A stretch of DNA of 59,970 nt, counting the filler, from Platydemus manokwari (lineage: Eukaryota): the NCBI GenBank assembly GCA_037951405.1. It is 5 parts of 5 records of this genome, joined end to end, with 100 filler letters (N's around TTAATTAATTAA, not from the genome) between each part and the next. Parts side by side here need not be neighbours in the genome. Positions count along the whole stretch, not along the records: positions 1 to 12,250 come from JBBMOY010227783.1; 4 more parts are not named here. The stretch is one strand, 5' to 3'. Below are positions 1 through 12,350 of this stretch, in pieces. How positions within the stretch are numbered: position 1 is the first letter of the stretch; each line of letters begins with the position of its first letter. The notes under the pieces are model-generated. The model worked only from the letters and a program-made list of their open reading frames with translations, had not been told where the DNA came from and did no database searches. The position numbers and the translations under genes are program-made.

Positions 1-1274
1 TTCTTATGGTTTTTTGAAAATATAATAATTATTTTGATAAATAACATATAATTTTTGCAGTTTTATAATTTTTATTGTTTTTATATCTAATTTTAAAAAT
101 TTCTTTACACATAAATAAACCAAAAATTATGCAAGATTAAAAGAGTCAGATTCACAAAAGGTAAGATATAGTCAAATAATCACAAAAGGTAAAATATAAT
201 TGTCATTCGTCCATGTCGACCTTCCACCTGGATTGTAGGCTTTGATAGGAGGTTGATTGAGTCGCTCGGTATTTGATCTTCTGATATGCTGAAGATAAGG
301 ATGATAAAGATGATATTGTTGAGCTTGAGCTTGATTCCATTTTGAATCACAAAATTTATTTAAGTGGAAATAATTCTATTTTTTATTACTTCATAAATCT
401 TAAATATTTAGAGATTTAAACATCTATCAAGTCAAGAAATTTAAAGTTTCGGATTTTACACTAGCATGCCATTATCAAATTAGCTTTTGGGGTTTGAGTA
501 CTATAAAGTGATTTCTTAAACTTGACAAAGGTTTAGTTTTCCCGATTATAACTAATTAGACACTCCTAAACGCACTAGAATGATTAAGACACTTTCAATT
601 GAAACTAAATAATATATAAAAATTACAACTATTTTAAACAACTTCCTTCTGCCTTTACCAAAATTGTCACTAAGTATTCAGTATAGACTGGGACTGTGCT
701 ACACTGCTGTCGTAAATAATTTATAATTTGATATCTAAACTTCTGCAATCACAACTTACTATTTCTTACATTTTCTAACAAATTTATTACTATTCAAGAT
801 TTTAATTAATAAAAATTCCACACAAACTCATTTTAAATACAGAAGAGTGGATTAATTAATCGAAAACATGGATCACTTGAATAAGAATATTCATACTTTC
901 AAACCTGTCAATATATTATATTAAATAATATATTTACCAAGTTTTTCAAATATCCATGATTAGCAATTACTATAAAAATCTGGGCCGGGCTTAAGTTTGT
1001 CAATTTATTTCGGTTCTTCATTTTGTAAGTCTTATAATTTTAAAGGCAGTAGGAAACTAAATTTCCATTCTGATTTATTTCTAGTGGATATTATTACTGT
1101 GTTATATTTTTTAGAAATAATAATTATTAACTCAATTAGTTTCGCTTCCATTTTTAATTATCAATTATGACTCTTGGTCATATGGTGATAAATAAAGTCA
1201 TTCACCTTTGATCTGTTTTGGAAATGGTTGAAATTTATTTGGAAATTATTGAATTCTTTACATAAATTAATATA

Positions 1275-2098
1275 TGCATCTTTGAAACCAATTATAATAT
1301 ATCTTGATCTATTCTTTAATAAAGCTACTTGCTATGTAATAGTTTGTGACTCAGGGATATCAATTAGATTAGAAAGTCTATTTAAAAAATGAACTTAATT
1401 TGGTTTATCAGTTTGTAATTTTTTTAATAATTCAAGTTCATTCTCTGAATCTAAAGTTAATTCAGACATACAAAATTCAAATAATTTAATAGTTAATTTT
1501 CCCTCTCTATTTGTTCTTAAAAATATTTTTTTATCATCTATTTTTCTGTTTAAGGTTAATTTAATCATCATCAAAAATAATGGTCTATTGTAGCTCTATA
1601 AATTTCAAACATATGTTTTAATGGAAATTGTCCTGTAAATCGGCTTTTTAAATTATAAAATATTTTTCTTCTGTATCTTTTATTCTCTTTATCCGAGTCT
1701 TTACTAATTTTATCTGGAATCCATTATGTTAATTCATCAGTTCCTTCATTAGATATATATACTAGATATTTCTCCAACAAATGTGATATTTTCAATTTCA
1801 TAATTTCCTAATGTCAATCACGTAACGTAAAATATATTAAAACAGAAATTATTTTCTAAAGTTATATCATGATATACTTCAACATTATTTTTCTTTGTCT
1901 TTTAAATTCGATTTCAATTTCATATCTTAAGAAACTATTACAAATATCTACAGGATTTGAAGTTTGGTGAGATTCAAAAATAATATCTTTGGATTGATTT
2001 AAATTAGTTGTTGTTGCTGATGGATTAATGATATATAAATCTTCTTTTTTAATTTCATGTTTAAATTTATAAATATTTTCATCCAATTTTGTTTCCAT
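1275..2098 (-). pseudogene. Degenerate Polinton/Maverick (adintovirus-like) double-jelly-roll major capsid protein gene
   Basis: Manual minus-strand translation across stops and frameshifts gives collinear MCP-like blocks: METKLDENIYKFKHEIKKEDLYIINPSATTTNLNQSKDIIFE...DICNSFLRYEI; DITLENNFCFNIFYVT*LTLGNYEIENITFVGEISSI; WIPD...FTGQFPLKHMF; YNRPLFLMMIKLTLNRKIDDKKIFLRTNREGKLTIKLFEFCMSELTLD...; RSRYIIIGFK. Recognised from memory of the Polinton MCP consensus, not from a search. Confidence 0.8.
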
Positions 2099-3745
2099 TT
2101 TATCATAAAAAATTTCACTAAAAATACACTTTGAGAATCCATATAATGTCATTAAAAAAATACAGTGGCACAGTCTAAAAAATGACTGAGAAGAGTAGAA
2201 AAAGACGGAATAAGAAGAACTGAAGCGTGGATTTAGATATCTGATATCAAAACAGAATAAATTCAAGAATAAACATTCTAAAAAATTAACATTCACAACC
2301 TAACAGTTATTTGAAAACATAAATCAAGAAGAACATGTGGGCAACATAAAATTTCCACCGGGAAAATTTTCAGTACCAATTACTATTTACAAAGTTTATA
2401 CGCACCAATATTTTGCACATAAATTGCAATAATTCCATATCAAAATTAAATAATTAATTTACAAGATTTTTCCTAAAATTGTCTGACCATTTTTAGCGCT
2501 CAAATTTCAATGCTCCTATCATTAATCGTAATATATATGACTAATATCTATAGGTATACATTAACCTATTTTCAATACGACCTCTTTATTTAACTTGGTA
2601 GTCTAGTTTTGTTGGTTTTATTTTGTTTTATTTGCCTTATCGATTTATATTACATTGATAATCTATAATAATTAACAAAAATTACAATATAAGTAAGCTT
2701 TGATATAATATATAACAGGTTAACTTTATATTCAGATGGGTAAAAATATAGCAATCGAACAACGCATCGTCATTACATTTTAAAACTCATTTTATTTTTC
2801 GACAAACATCTTACAATTACTACAATATTTAAACAGTAAACATAATGAATGTTGATGAATATTTGAATATTCTTCTGTATTTTATTTTGTTCTTTAATTT
2901 AAATTCATTGGACTATAACTTTTAAATTCATTAAGCAACCCTTGGTTTTAAATTGTCTGGAAAACATCTCACAGGAAATATAAATTACTACTTTTAAAGT
3001 TAACTTTCATACAAAATTTTTTTACAGTATAAAAATCAATTTGTACTCCACAAGTTATCCATGTAATTTTTTGTAATTATTTTTTATGCTTTATCTTTGG
3101 TTCTGCTAGTAACTTATTTTCCCAATTAATATTATTATTCTTTATTTTTAATACAATTTTTCTAAGATTTTTCAGATTTCATCGTATGGTCGTATCTCAT
3201 CACTAGTTCAGCTTCTTTGATGTATTGCTTGACTTTTTTATTATTTGGACATTCTAAATTAATTAATTCATAATTATGTAACCATAAATAATATAAAACA
3301 TTTATAAATAAATTTATTAAACTCACGATTCGGTTCGAAAATCAACACCAAGTGTAGTTGTAATAACAAGCTGATCAAAGGTAATGAAATTCATAGAAAA
3401 TGATGAAATCGTGAAATATTAAAGAGCCAAAGCGAATTAATCATTGTTCATATAAGCTAGTAATTATAGGTAATTTTTCATCCTCTTTTGTTTCACTACG
3501 AAAGTATGTCATTAATTTTATCCATAGTAAACTCTTTATAGTTTTGCTCTTTGGTTCTTCTCAAAAAAATCAAATAAATAGTATCAGAACCCGGATTTAA
3601 TAAAACCTGAATTTAAATATTTCTGTAAGCACTGCTATTTTGAATTTTCTTTATTTTCTTTTGAGTATTTTTCTAATTTATATCTATTATTACTAATAAT
3701 TATTATTATTCTTAATATTAAAATTGATTCATTTACTTTAAACTA

Positions 3746-3919
3746 AGACCTTCTCCGGTATTTTATTAAATAGACCTAAATACAAACTTTCGAAACCTAT
3801 TAATTAAGACTGATGTATTTGTGGTGATGTATCGGATTTCTCAAATGGTAGAGAAATAAAAATTCCTAAGGCGCTACTTTGAAATCATTACTATTTAAAA
3901 TTTTACGCGGAAGGTGTTA
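3746..3919. mobile_element. Possible decayed MITE
   Basis: Imperfect terminal inverted repeats aagaccttctccggta ... ttacgcggaaggtgtt around ~170 bp; no clean TSD. Confidence 0.25.
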
Positions 3920-4187
3920 TAATAATTTAATTAATCATCCGCTTTCAAATGATAGATACTAGTAAGAGTGCATCGGATAGGTCATATTTTTGTTACCAGG
4001 GAGGAAATACTATTATGTATAAAAACCTTTAATTGTTATTTATAACAATTATATAAATAATAAATAATAAACAATAAATTTGCGTTTCTGATAATAACTT
4101 TGTTTAAATCATTTATATGCATATACAATTATTCAATAATTGTGTAACCTGATTTCCACATTGTATTAAATTTTGATACATTCATTT

Positions 4188-7100
4188 ATGAATATTGAAA
4201 AGGACTGGCCAACATTGGTCGAAGCCAATCATGTGAAACCTGTGAAGAAAAAATATAACGTAGGAACGATCATATTTAAATATTTATTCAAATGATTTTT
4301 AGATTAAAAAAAAAAGTTCTTGGGTTAAAATTAATACTGGTCTAAATTTTAATAAATCAGATAATCCTGAGGAAAGTATTAATGTTAATTTAGTAAGTTG
4401 ATATATTTTAAATGTGTAGTAAACAAATATTTAGGATGGAATACCGTCTTATACACAGAATAACAATAATAATGTTACTTTGAAATGCTTTAAACGACTG
4501 CACATAAATAAGAGTCATTTGATACGACAATTCGATAACGGAAGTGAAGACTTGTATAATTATCATGAAGACTTGACTTCGAATATTGGAAAACAGAGAA
4601 CAATGTGCAGACAAGGCCCTTTGAAAATCAATATGGGTTCCGTTTTAACAGATTTTCGCCTCAACGAGATGTATTGTGAATTTTTAAATGAATATTTAAA
4701 TTATGTCAATACCATGCAAAATGATTTTGTTTATCAAGAAGGTAATGTTGAATCTAATAAAATTGAAACAAATACAAATAAACAAAATAATATTATTGAA
4801 AGTGCTTCAATCAAGCAAATTGATGGTAAGTTTTAAAGTTATTTTTAATAATTATAGCTATTACATCAGAAAGTGAAATTATGTATGTTCGTGGAAATGT
4901 GTTGAGTTATTATTTTTCTGAAATTAACTTGCACAATGATAAATACTTAGTAAGTATTATGGACGAAGATGGTTGGGTAAGCTTAGATGCTCTATTAAAA
5001 TTTCCACGCCTTCTCAAAACTAAAACAAATTTACAAGATGTTACAAATGTAATATGTTAATAATATAATTAATTTTTTAACAAAAAATGTAGATTATTAA
5101 AAACATCACATATCCTGAGTTCGAGACTATAAATAAAAAATCGCAGTCGCGTGTTATATTGGAATTGAAATATGAAGATGATTGGAAAATTCGAAGAAGT
5201 GATATGACAAAATTCAGAAGTAATTTATTGGCATTTTCTGAAGATAGAAATTATAAACCCAGGCAACACGAGCCTCCATATCCGAAATTCACATATAGTT
5301 ATTTTTTGAACAATTTAGGTACCTTTCATGGTAATTCAATTAAAAGTAAAATCCAAGGTTATGTTATATATTATTTTGTTTAACAATTTATTTGAATTGT
5401 TTTTTAGAAAGTTCAAAATGCTATGACTGGACAGAAGTAAAGCCTAAGGTTAGGCGATCAAGAATGTCTGAATCATTAGTGAATGAAAATCAAAATATCT
5501 TTAGCGCTGATAATCAAGATAATCTTGATTTTGAATTTTCCTCAGAGCCCAATCCACCATTGTCTCGAAACAATACTAATTTAAGACGAAAGCCAACATC
5601 CAGGAGAAGCATGGAAAGAGTAACTATTTACATATAAATATATATATTACATATAAATAAATATTTACACTTACTGATTTCCTAGAATAATATCGCAATT
5701 TACCAGTTAATCATTACTTGTTTTAAACTAATAAAATAATTTTGACGCATGCCAAAGTTTAAAGTAAATGTTACTTGTAAAATTTGAGCATTAATCCAAA
5801 GAAAATATAAAAAATTTGATTTCAAAATTAACATTTAATATCCTTTGTTACATTCAAATCTAAATATTGTCAATTAATTTCTCACATGACATTTATGGAA
5901 TATGCTAACCAAGCATTGATGAGAAATTAAGTTTTTAAAATATTTATTTCTTGTAAACAAAAATTATCACTGCTTTGATCTATACTAAGGGAGTTTGATA
6001 AAAACAACTATTTTCACAGAATAAAAGTTTTATTATTTGATTTAGTCACTGTAGGTTTTGTGTTCGAGAAGTATAGTTATAAAAGTTTTTATTTTCTATT
6101 GCTTAGCTTACAGGTTGTTTGATGTTCAAAGTCAGCTTATCAGTAAAAAACATATTTGAGTTACGCAATGAGTCCGTGTTATATAGATGGACAAAGTTAA
6201 AATATTATAACAAAAGCTTTGTATCTCAGGAGCAGACCAAAATAAATCAAGAATAATGTGAAGTTTTATATAGACATTTTTCATTCTACATTTCTTCACA
6301 TATTTTATCTCTCGTTTTTTGATTGATTTGTCAATTAACACATTAACAAATAATTTAAAAGTTAAAAATATAGCATCTATCACAAAAAGGGAAAAATTAT
6401 TCATTGTTGTACACTAAATTAATCTAAACATTTACTTTTCAAAATATGGTCTTTATAAACTTAAACATGATTATTTTGATAATGATGTATTGAGCTCGAA
6501 ATATGGCATATATTTCATAAACTTGTCTATTAAGTTTATCCAAAACAAGGTTGAAAAATTCATTGGATATTTGAATACAAATTTAAATGATTTTTGAAAG
6601 CCACTTTCGAAAATCCTTTTGCGTAACTCGAGTTTTCGAAAAGTATTATTACTACAATATAAAATTATAAGACATTTAAATTAACAAAAATGATTTCTAC
6701 TTTAATTGTATGAATTTTAGTGGGTGGTTATTTATTGGTTACTGGTATTTTGAAATTGAAATTGGATTTTTGTTAAACATTTTCTTTTTATTATTTTGAT
6801 ATTTGATAATAAAATTAAAATAATTTTGATTAGTCACGAAGTAGAACAATTTCTGGAGGATCTGAAGATGAATTAGATGAATGTAATATTTATATACTTT
6901 CCATGCGCCCAAAAATACCTTCAATGAAATCAATTGATTGGGCTGATGTTAATGATAGTGATGATGATGGTATACCAATTTCTTCGTCAAATCCTCAATC
7001 GAAAGTAAATATTATGTCTCAAAGACTTTTAGCAAAACATCCTAGTGGAGATCGACATCCTAATCCTGATTATCAGCCAAGGTAAATTTGGTTTGTTCAT

Positions 7101-9069
7101 AAATTTTAAATTATATTTTTAAGATCCAAAATTCAAGAACAGCTCCGTGAGATAATCTCAGATGGCCTAAAGGATTGGAAAAATAATAACGAGGTTCTTC
7201 GTAGAAATCGACGTGACTCATCTTCCAGTACTTCAAGTGATATCAAAGTATTTTACTCTTGGCTTTTCGTGATCATGTGTTTTTTACATTAGGTTCAAAT
7301 CTGTCAAGATGAGAAAACTTTTAAATTAATGCAGAAGAGTCTTCAAAATCATGACAACATAGATGATAATGATGATCCAAGATTACCTACTTCTACGATA
7401 CCAATTGAACAAAAAGTTGAGGTTATGAAGCAAAAACCTGTAACTGTGATGATCTTTAAACCATTACCTAAAGAAAAAAACACATCAGATTGTGATTTCT
7501 TGATGGAATCTAGTAATAGCAGCCTGATCAATCCTGTTCACTATGATTCTTGGAACCCTCCTTTTACGATTAATAATTCATTGAATCAATTATTGGATAA
7601 ATTATTGGAAAATGTTCAATATGAGTATTTAAATGTTGATAATTCCATTAAGTATGGTAAAAACGTCGATGTCAATAAAATAAAACTTGACAATCATTCC
7701 AAATCCAGCAAAGTGACTGATTTATGTGTCAAAGATACGAATATGGAACCAGCATCATCGATATTGATAAATGATGTTCGTAAAGAAATTAAAAAAATGA
7801 AAAAATCATGTAAAGTTGGATTTTATCCAGTAACTAAAGTTGGACCAGCAAAAGATAAACGAAAAGATAAAACTAGAGCAAGCAATAATCCGGTCGAAGA
7901 GTATGATGTCGGATATGCATATAGTGGTAGGCAATCTTTGCATAGAAGGCAAAGGACTTTTTCTGGAAGGTAAGGGATTTCTGAATCTTTTATTTCAATA
8001 TTTAAATATTGTAATGAAGTTTTATTTTTAACATATGATGGTTTTTAACATACAAAACTGCAAAGTTCTGATTAATTTTTATAATTTATGGCTTTTATTT
8101 CTATATATCATTTTAAATTGTGTAATTATAGCAATAGTTATGTTATTACATTAATATTAAATATACCATTAATTATTTCTGAGTTGATAAAATTTAAACT
8201 ATTAATAATATGTTTGTAAGTATTGCTATTACCGTATGGGAATTAGAAAATAAGCACTTATAATGTGTTCTATTTCAATATATTTTTCGGTAATATTTTA
8301 TATATAATTTTACATTATTAGCTCATATAGCCAATACAATGATTCCGGTTATGCTGTTGCTCATGGAATTCCTGTTCCTTTTAATGACCATCCTAGTCAA
8401 TTATTATTGCAGGAAAACGGATTTCAGATAAAGTTATATCATGTTTTTAGAAAAGAATCATTAGCAGATAGAGAAAAGAAGGGTGCTGGAAGGTCTCAAG
8501 TAATAAAATATTTTCATATTCATTTTTAATTTGAAACAAGGAAATGAATACTCTTTACCGATTTTGGTCATTTTTTCTTCGAGAAAACAAAAATAAAAAA
8601 ATGTATGAAGAATTTCAGAAATATGCTTGGGAGGATGCGGTTAAAGGATATCGCTATGGTGTAGAATGTTTGTTTAGAATGTATACGTATAAACTTGAAC
8701 AAAGAAAACATTTCAATGAACAACAGTATCAAGATTTTCAAGTCAATTTTTATTTTAAAAATTTATGAAAAATAATACTCGGTTTAGAAAAACGTTTTAA
8801 AGGATTTGGAAAGCAGTCGTTTATATGGTTTAGAAAAGTTTTGGGCATTTCTTAAATACAGTGGCCGAAAAATGGAAGTTCATCCTAGAATAAAAAAGTT
8901 GTTGGAGAAATATAAAACGTTAGATGATTTCAGAACAAATGTAATATTTATCATTAAATTAATTTTCCTTTAAAACTAAATCTAGTTTATTCCGCCACAA
9001 GGATTTCATAGCTATAAAATTGAATATCCTGAGCAATCGGCTGTTGAATCTGGAATTGATTCAGAGTAA
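4188..9069 (+). CDS. LARP1: La-related protein 1 (La motif + DM15 cap/TOP-binding domain), 13 exons
   Basis: GT-AG exons 4188-4259, 4303-4392, 4435-4825, 4858-5048, 5093-5357, 5408-5619, 6834-7081, 7124-7247, 7293-7969, 8322-8499, 8541-8741, 8788-8940, 8986-9069 join in frame. Motifs: DWPTL; La motif [36 protein letters not shown]; KHPSGDR; IISDGL; DM15 [12 protein letters not shown]...[14 protein letters not shown]...[11 protein letters not shown]...[14 protein letters not shown]...TLDDFR. Confidence 0.95.
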
Positions 9070-9594
9070 TTTTCAAAATTTGAACTAAGACATTGAAATA
9101 ACTTGTATTGCTTTATAATTTTCATAAACAATACATATATTTATTTTCTGTAAATTGATTTAGTTATATGTCAAGTAGCCGATGGTTTTGTTGAAATTTT
9201 CTCAGATTTTTGTATTTATAATTTATATTCAAGCTTGAACGCAATATTAAGTTTTTAAGTGCACTAAGTATAAAAAATCCATTGAATGCATGAAACATCT
9301 ATAGCATGGGTGTAACTTGTAAAAAACGGTGTATAAATTGTTGCCCTTGAATTTCTATTAATAAAAAATAATTAATATGTACAAAAAAATATTGTTCAAT
9401 TGTAAGTAAATTTATTTTTTCCAATAAAATTTTATCTTCAAAAAGACCGAAATTGAAATATTGATTAATGGGTAAACTTTGATTTTGCCATATAATACGT
9501 TTTTTGAGTGGCATCAATATTTTACTATCGAAATTTTAATGAAATCTAAAGTTTAACATACGAAAGTCATTAATATTTTAATTATTGAAGTTAG

Positions 9595-10100
9595 TGTAGC
9601 TAAATGTTTGGGTGAGTGCGCTGTCGATAAGATTGTAATTCTGAAATTATAATATCAGCTCTAGATATAGATAGATTCTACAAGTTTTGTGATTGATAAT
9701 GGAATTTGTTGATTAATTAAATTTATGAAAAATAAAATGTACTAAAGCAAATTTATTAAAATGTGCCTTACGTCACGAAAGTGGATAGCTGCTAATATCC
9801 ACCAACAGATACTGTTAGATTATTAACTAACAGTGAAAGCTAACAATGATAATTTGAATTACAAATAATTAAAGATTCAACCCGTAAGAAATCATAATTA
9901 AAAATTATACTACAACAATATTTAATCACTCAAGAGGGGATCAGCATCCGAAAGTTGAATACAGAACAGAAATCAACCGAGAAGACTGGTTGCCAGAAAA
10001 ATCACACAAAAGTCACAGAACACCATGAAGGTTAAGAATCAAAAAGATTGATGTTTGTTAGTATACGCCATTCGACTATTGACCTTCAATTATGGATTAA
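9595..10100. repeat. Dispersed LTR-like repeat, partial copy A
   Basis: 9925-10020 (aatcactcaagaggggatcagca...gactggttgccagaaaaatcacacaaaagtcacagaa) aligns by eye with 38677-38775. Boundaries approximate. Confidence 0.6.
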
Positions 10101-10869
10101 TATATTGTTGGGTACAAAAAAGAAATAACAGTAATAATTCACATGTTTTTTTTCATCGCCAATCACCCCAAATTAAAAATTATTAATATAACTAAAAATA
10201 GATTCATAAAATTAAAAATCCAAATATAGAAGAAAAAATATTCCAAAATTGAATTTAGATAAATAGACTACGAGAAATAACATCCAAATAGAGGGATAAA
10301 AAATTAATAAATCAAAATAATCAATAAAAAATTGAATAAATGTTCGTGTGTGGGGTTGCTTGGTTATTTTTTACTATCAGTCTTTATATTCAATATTTTA
10401 TTGTGGATCAATGCCGTCTTGATTAGTCTCTGTGAGCTCTGATCAACCCCTTAAGGTAAACAACTAAACCTTATCTTATAATCTTCTTTCTTCACCTCGC
10501 TATCATTACTATATGGAGATAGTATGATAGGCAACAATTATCCAATCGCTATATTTTATGGTTATCAGTCTCAAACAATTTTAATAGTCCTATCCTATAT
10601 CCGTTTACAGAGACGTTTATTAGCTACGGAATATACAACAAAATACAATTATACAACAAATGCTTTTGTTAAAACTACACTAAACAGCAAATATAAAAAT
10701 GACCTAGACGATGACACCTACAAATTCTGGAAAGAAAACGGTTGCAAACTTCAACTCTAGAAGCCGAACTTTTACCTTTAAGATATTTTGAGACACAGCT
10801 CTATAATATGACAATAACGTGTTTGCAGCTTAATGCTTTTGCCTTTGTATCGAGGTTCACCAATTAATT

Positions 10870-11380
10870 TAAAGGTGGCACCGAGTACAAATTCTTGCGG
10901 CTTTATACTCTGGCGCGGATGAAATGATCGAAATTACAGATTGCATTTTTAGAGGAGGTTCCTTCTGCAATAAAATTGAATTCCACAGCAATCTATTAGT
11001 AAAATTTGATTCCGTAGGCAAGTTGAGTTAAACATCCGTCAGCTATTGGATGTGTAGAATCGATTTCAGTGAGGAGATGTTAATTTCGAATAGATATAAA
11101 TTCCGTACGTGGATGCGAATGGAATTTAGAGGTAAATTTCGACTAAGTGTAATCTCCAATTAAAATAGATGAATTGCTATTGTAAAATTGTGGGCGTTGT
11201 TTATCTGTTTATAGTCTTTTCTCCTCGTGGGCGTATGTAGGAGTTACTGCTGATCATTTTTTTGGAAAAGATTTTTAATGCCGTTGTCTTGGCAAAATTT
11301 ATTTGATTTTTAGATTTTACCATAGTGAGTTAATGCTTCCAAGAGCGTTGCCCTTGTAACGCATTAATTCACCATGGTGA
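10870..11380 (-). mobile_element. Possible degenerate non-LTR retrotransposon (APE endonuclease) fragment
   Basis: Locally higher GC. Minus-strand fragments NSYIRPR and SSILIGDYT resemble the APE motifs (S/N)xYxPP and ILGDFN; many stops and frameshifts. Confidence 0.3.
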
Positions 11381-11529
11381 TGTGATTAATCATTATCTTT
11401 CATTAATAAATTATGAAAATTTTCCGAGATGTGTGAAAAGCATATGTGGACAAAATAATTGTTTATTATTATTATTATATTTACTATTATTATATTTGCT
11501 TAATAATATTGTTCCTATTATTCCCAACA

Positions 11530-11919
11530 CTAATTTTCAGGAAAATCAAACAAAATTAATGAACAGAATACAGGTTATCGATCAAAAAAGACTCGCAGAT
11601 GTTTATAAAACTCTAGCTCTTTTATAAACCTATTATGTACGTCCACTTGATTTCCAGAGCTTCGTTTTTCAATTGCTAAATATCCTCGTAAATAGATATA
11701 TTAGTCATTTTTCCTACGTCTCTTGTGTCATTAGCAGATATCGGTGTTTGTTATCATTTATTGATATGCAACAACCGATTATTAAATTCTGAGTATGAAT
11801 TGATGCTAGATGATTAGTTCTTGGCACTTGCGTTTATTGAATCTATGCATGTCAACCCTTTAAGGATTATTTCCATGGTTCTCGTGCACATTTCAGCTGT
11901 TTTCGTGACATGCCCAACA
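11530..11919. repeat. Dispersed LTR-like repeat, partial copy B
   Basis: Aligns with 38740-39083, e.g. ttggcacttgcgtttattgaatctatgcatgtcaaccctttaaggattatttccatggtt vs ttggcacttgagcttatcgaatctgtgtgtatcgactctttgaggattatttccatggtt. Both copies end gtgacat(g/a)cccaaca. Confidence 0.7.
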
Positions 11920-11946
11920 CAAACACACAAACACACACACACACAC

Positions 11947-11980
<34 letters not shown>
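11920..11980. repeat. (CA)n-(TA)n compound microsatellite
   Basis: Seen directly. Confidence 0.9.
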
Positions 11981-12250
11981 GAAAGAGCCCAATAATTAAT
12001 CATTTTAAAATTAAAGTTTAAAAGTTAAAGGCTTAAAGTTCAAAGTTAAGTAAAATAATAAATTAAAAGAAATAGATTAGTGTTGAAATCATAAATACTA
12101 AAAATAATTTGTTATACCCTGAAAAATAAATTAAAATAGAGTAATAATTTTTAAATAAAATTATTATTGCTAAAAATATTGGGTCTATAACTTAAAAACC
12201 GGAATTTTTTTAGAACAATTGAGTGTTTATTAAAGAAAATCTTGTACAAT

Positions 12251-12350
12251 NNNNNNNNNNNNNNNNNNNNNNNNNNNNNNNNNNNNNNNNNNNNTTAATT
12301 AATTAANNNNNNNNNNNNNNNNNNNNNNNNNNNNNNNNNNNNNNNNNNNN
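12251..12350. other. Artificial contig spacer N44-TTAATTAATTAA-N44
   Basis: Exactly 100 bp; the 12-mer puts a stop in all six frames; identical at four sites. Confidence 0.97.

Noticed and set aside
8034-8072. C/D-box-like motifs in a LARP1 intron
   Set aside because: C box imperfect and span only ~40 nt, too short for a snoRNA.
10524-10760. ORF ending FWKENG, suggestive of a hAT dimerisation domain
   Set aside because: Only a few residues match and the following conserved motifs are absent.
12295-12306. TTAATTAATTAA palindrome as a biological repeat or CRISPR-like unit
   Set aside because: Always centred in N runs; an assembly linker.
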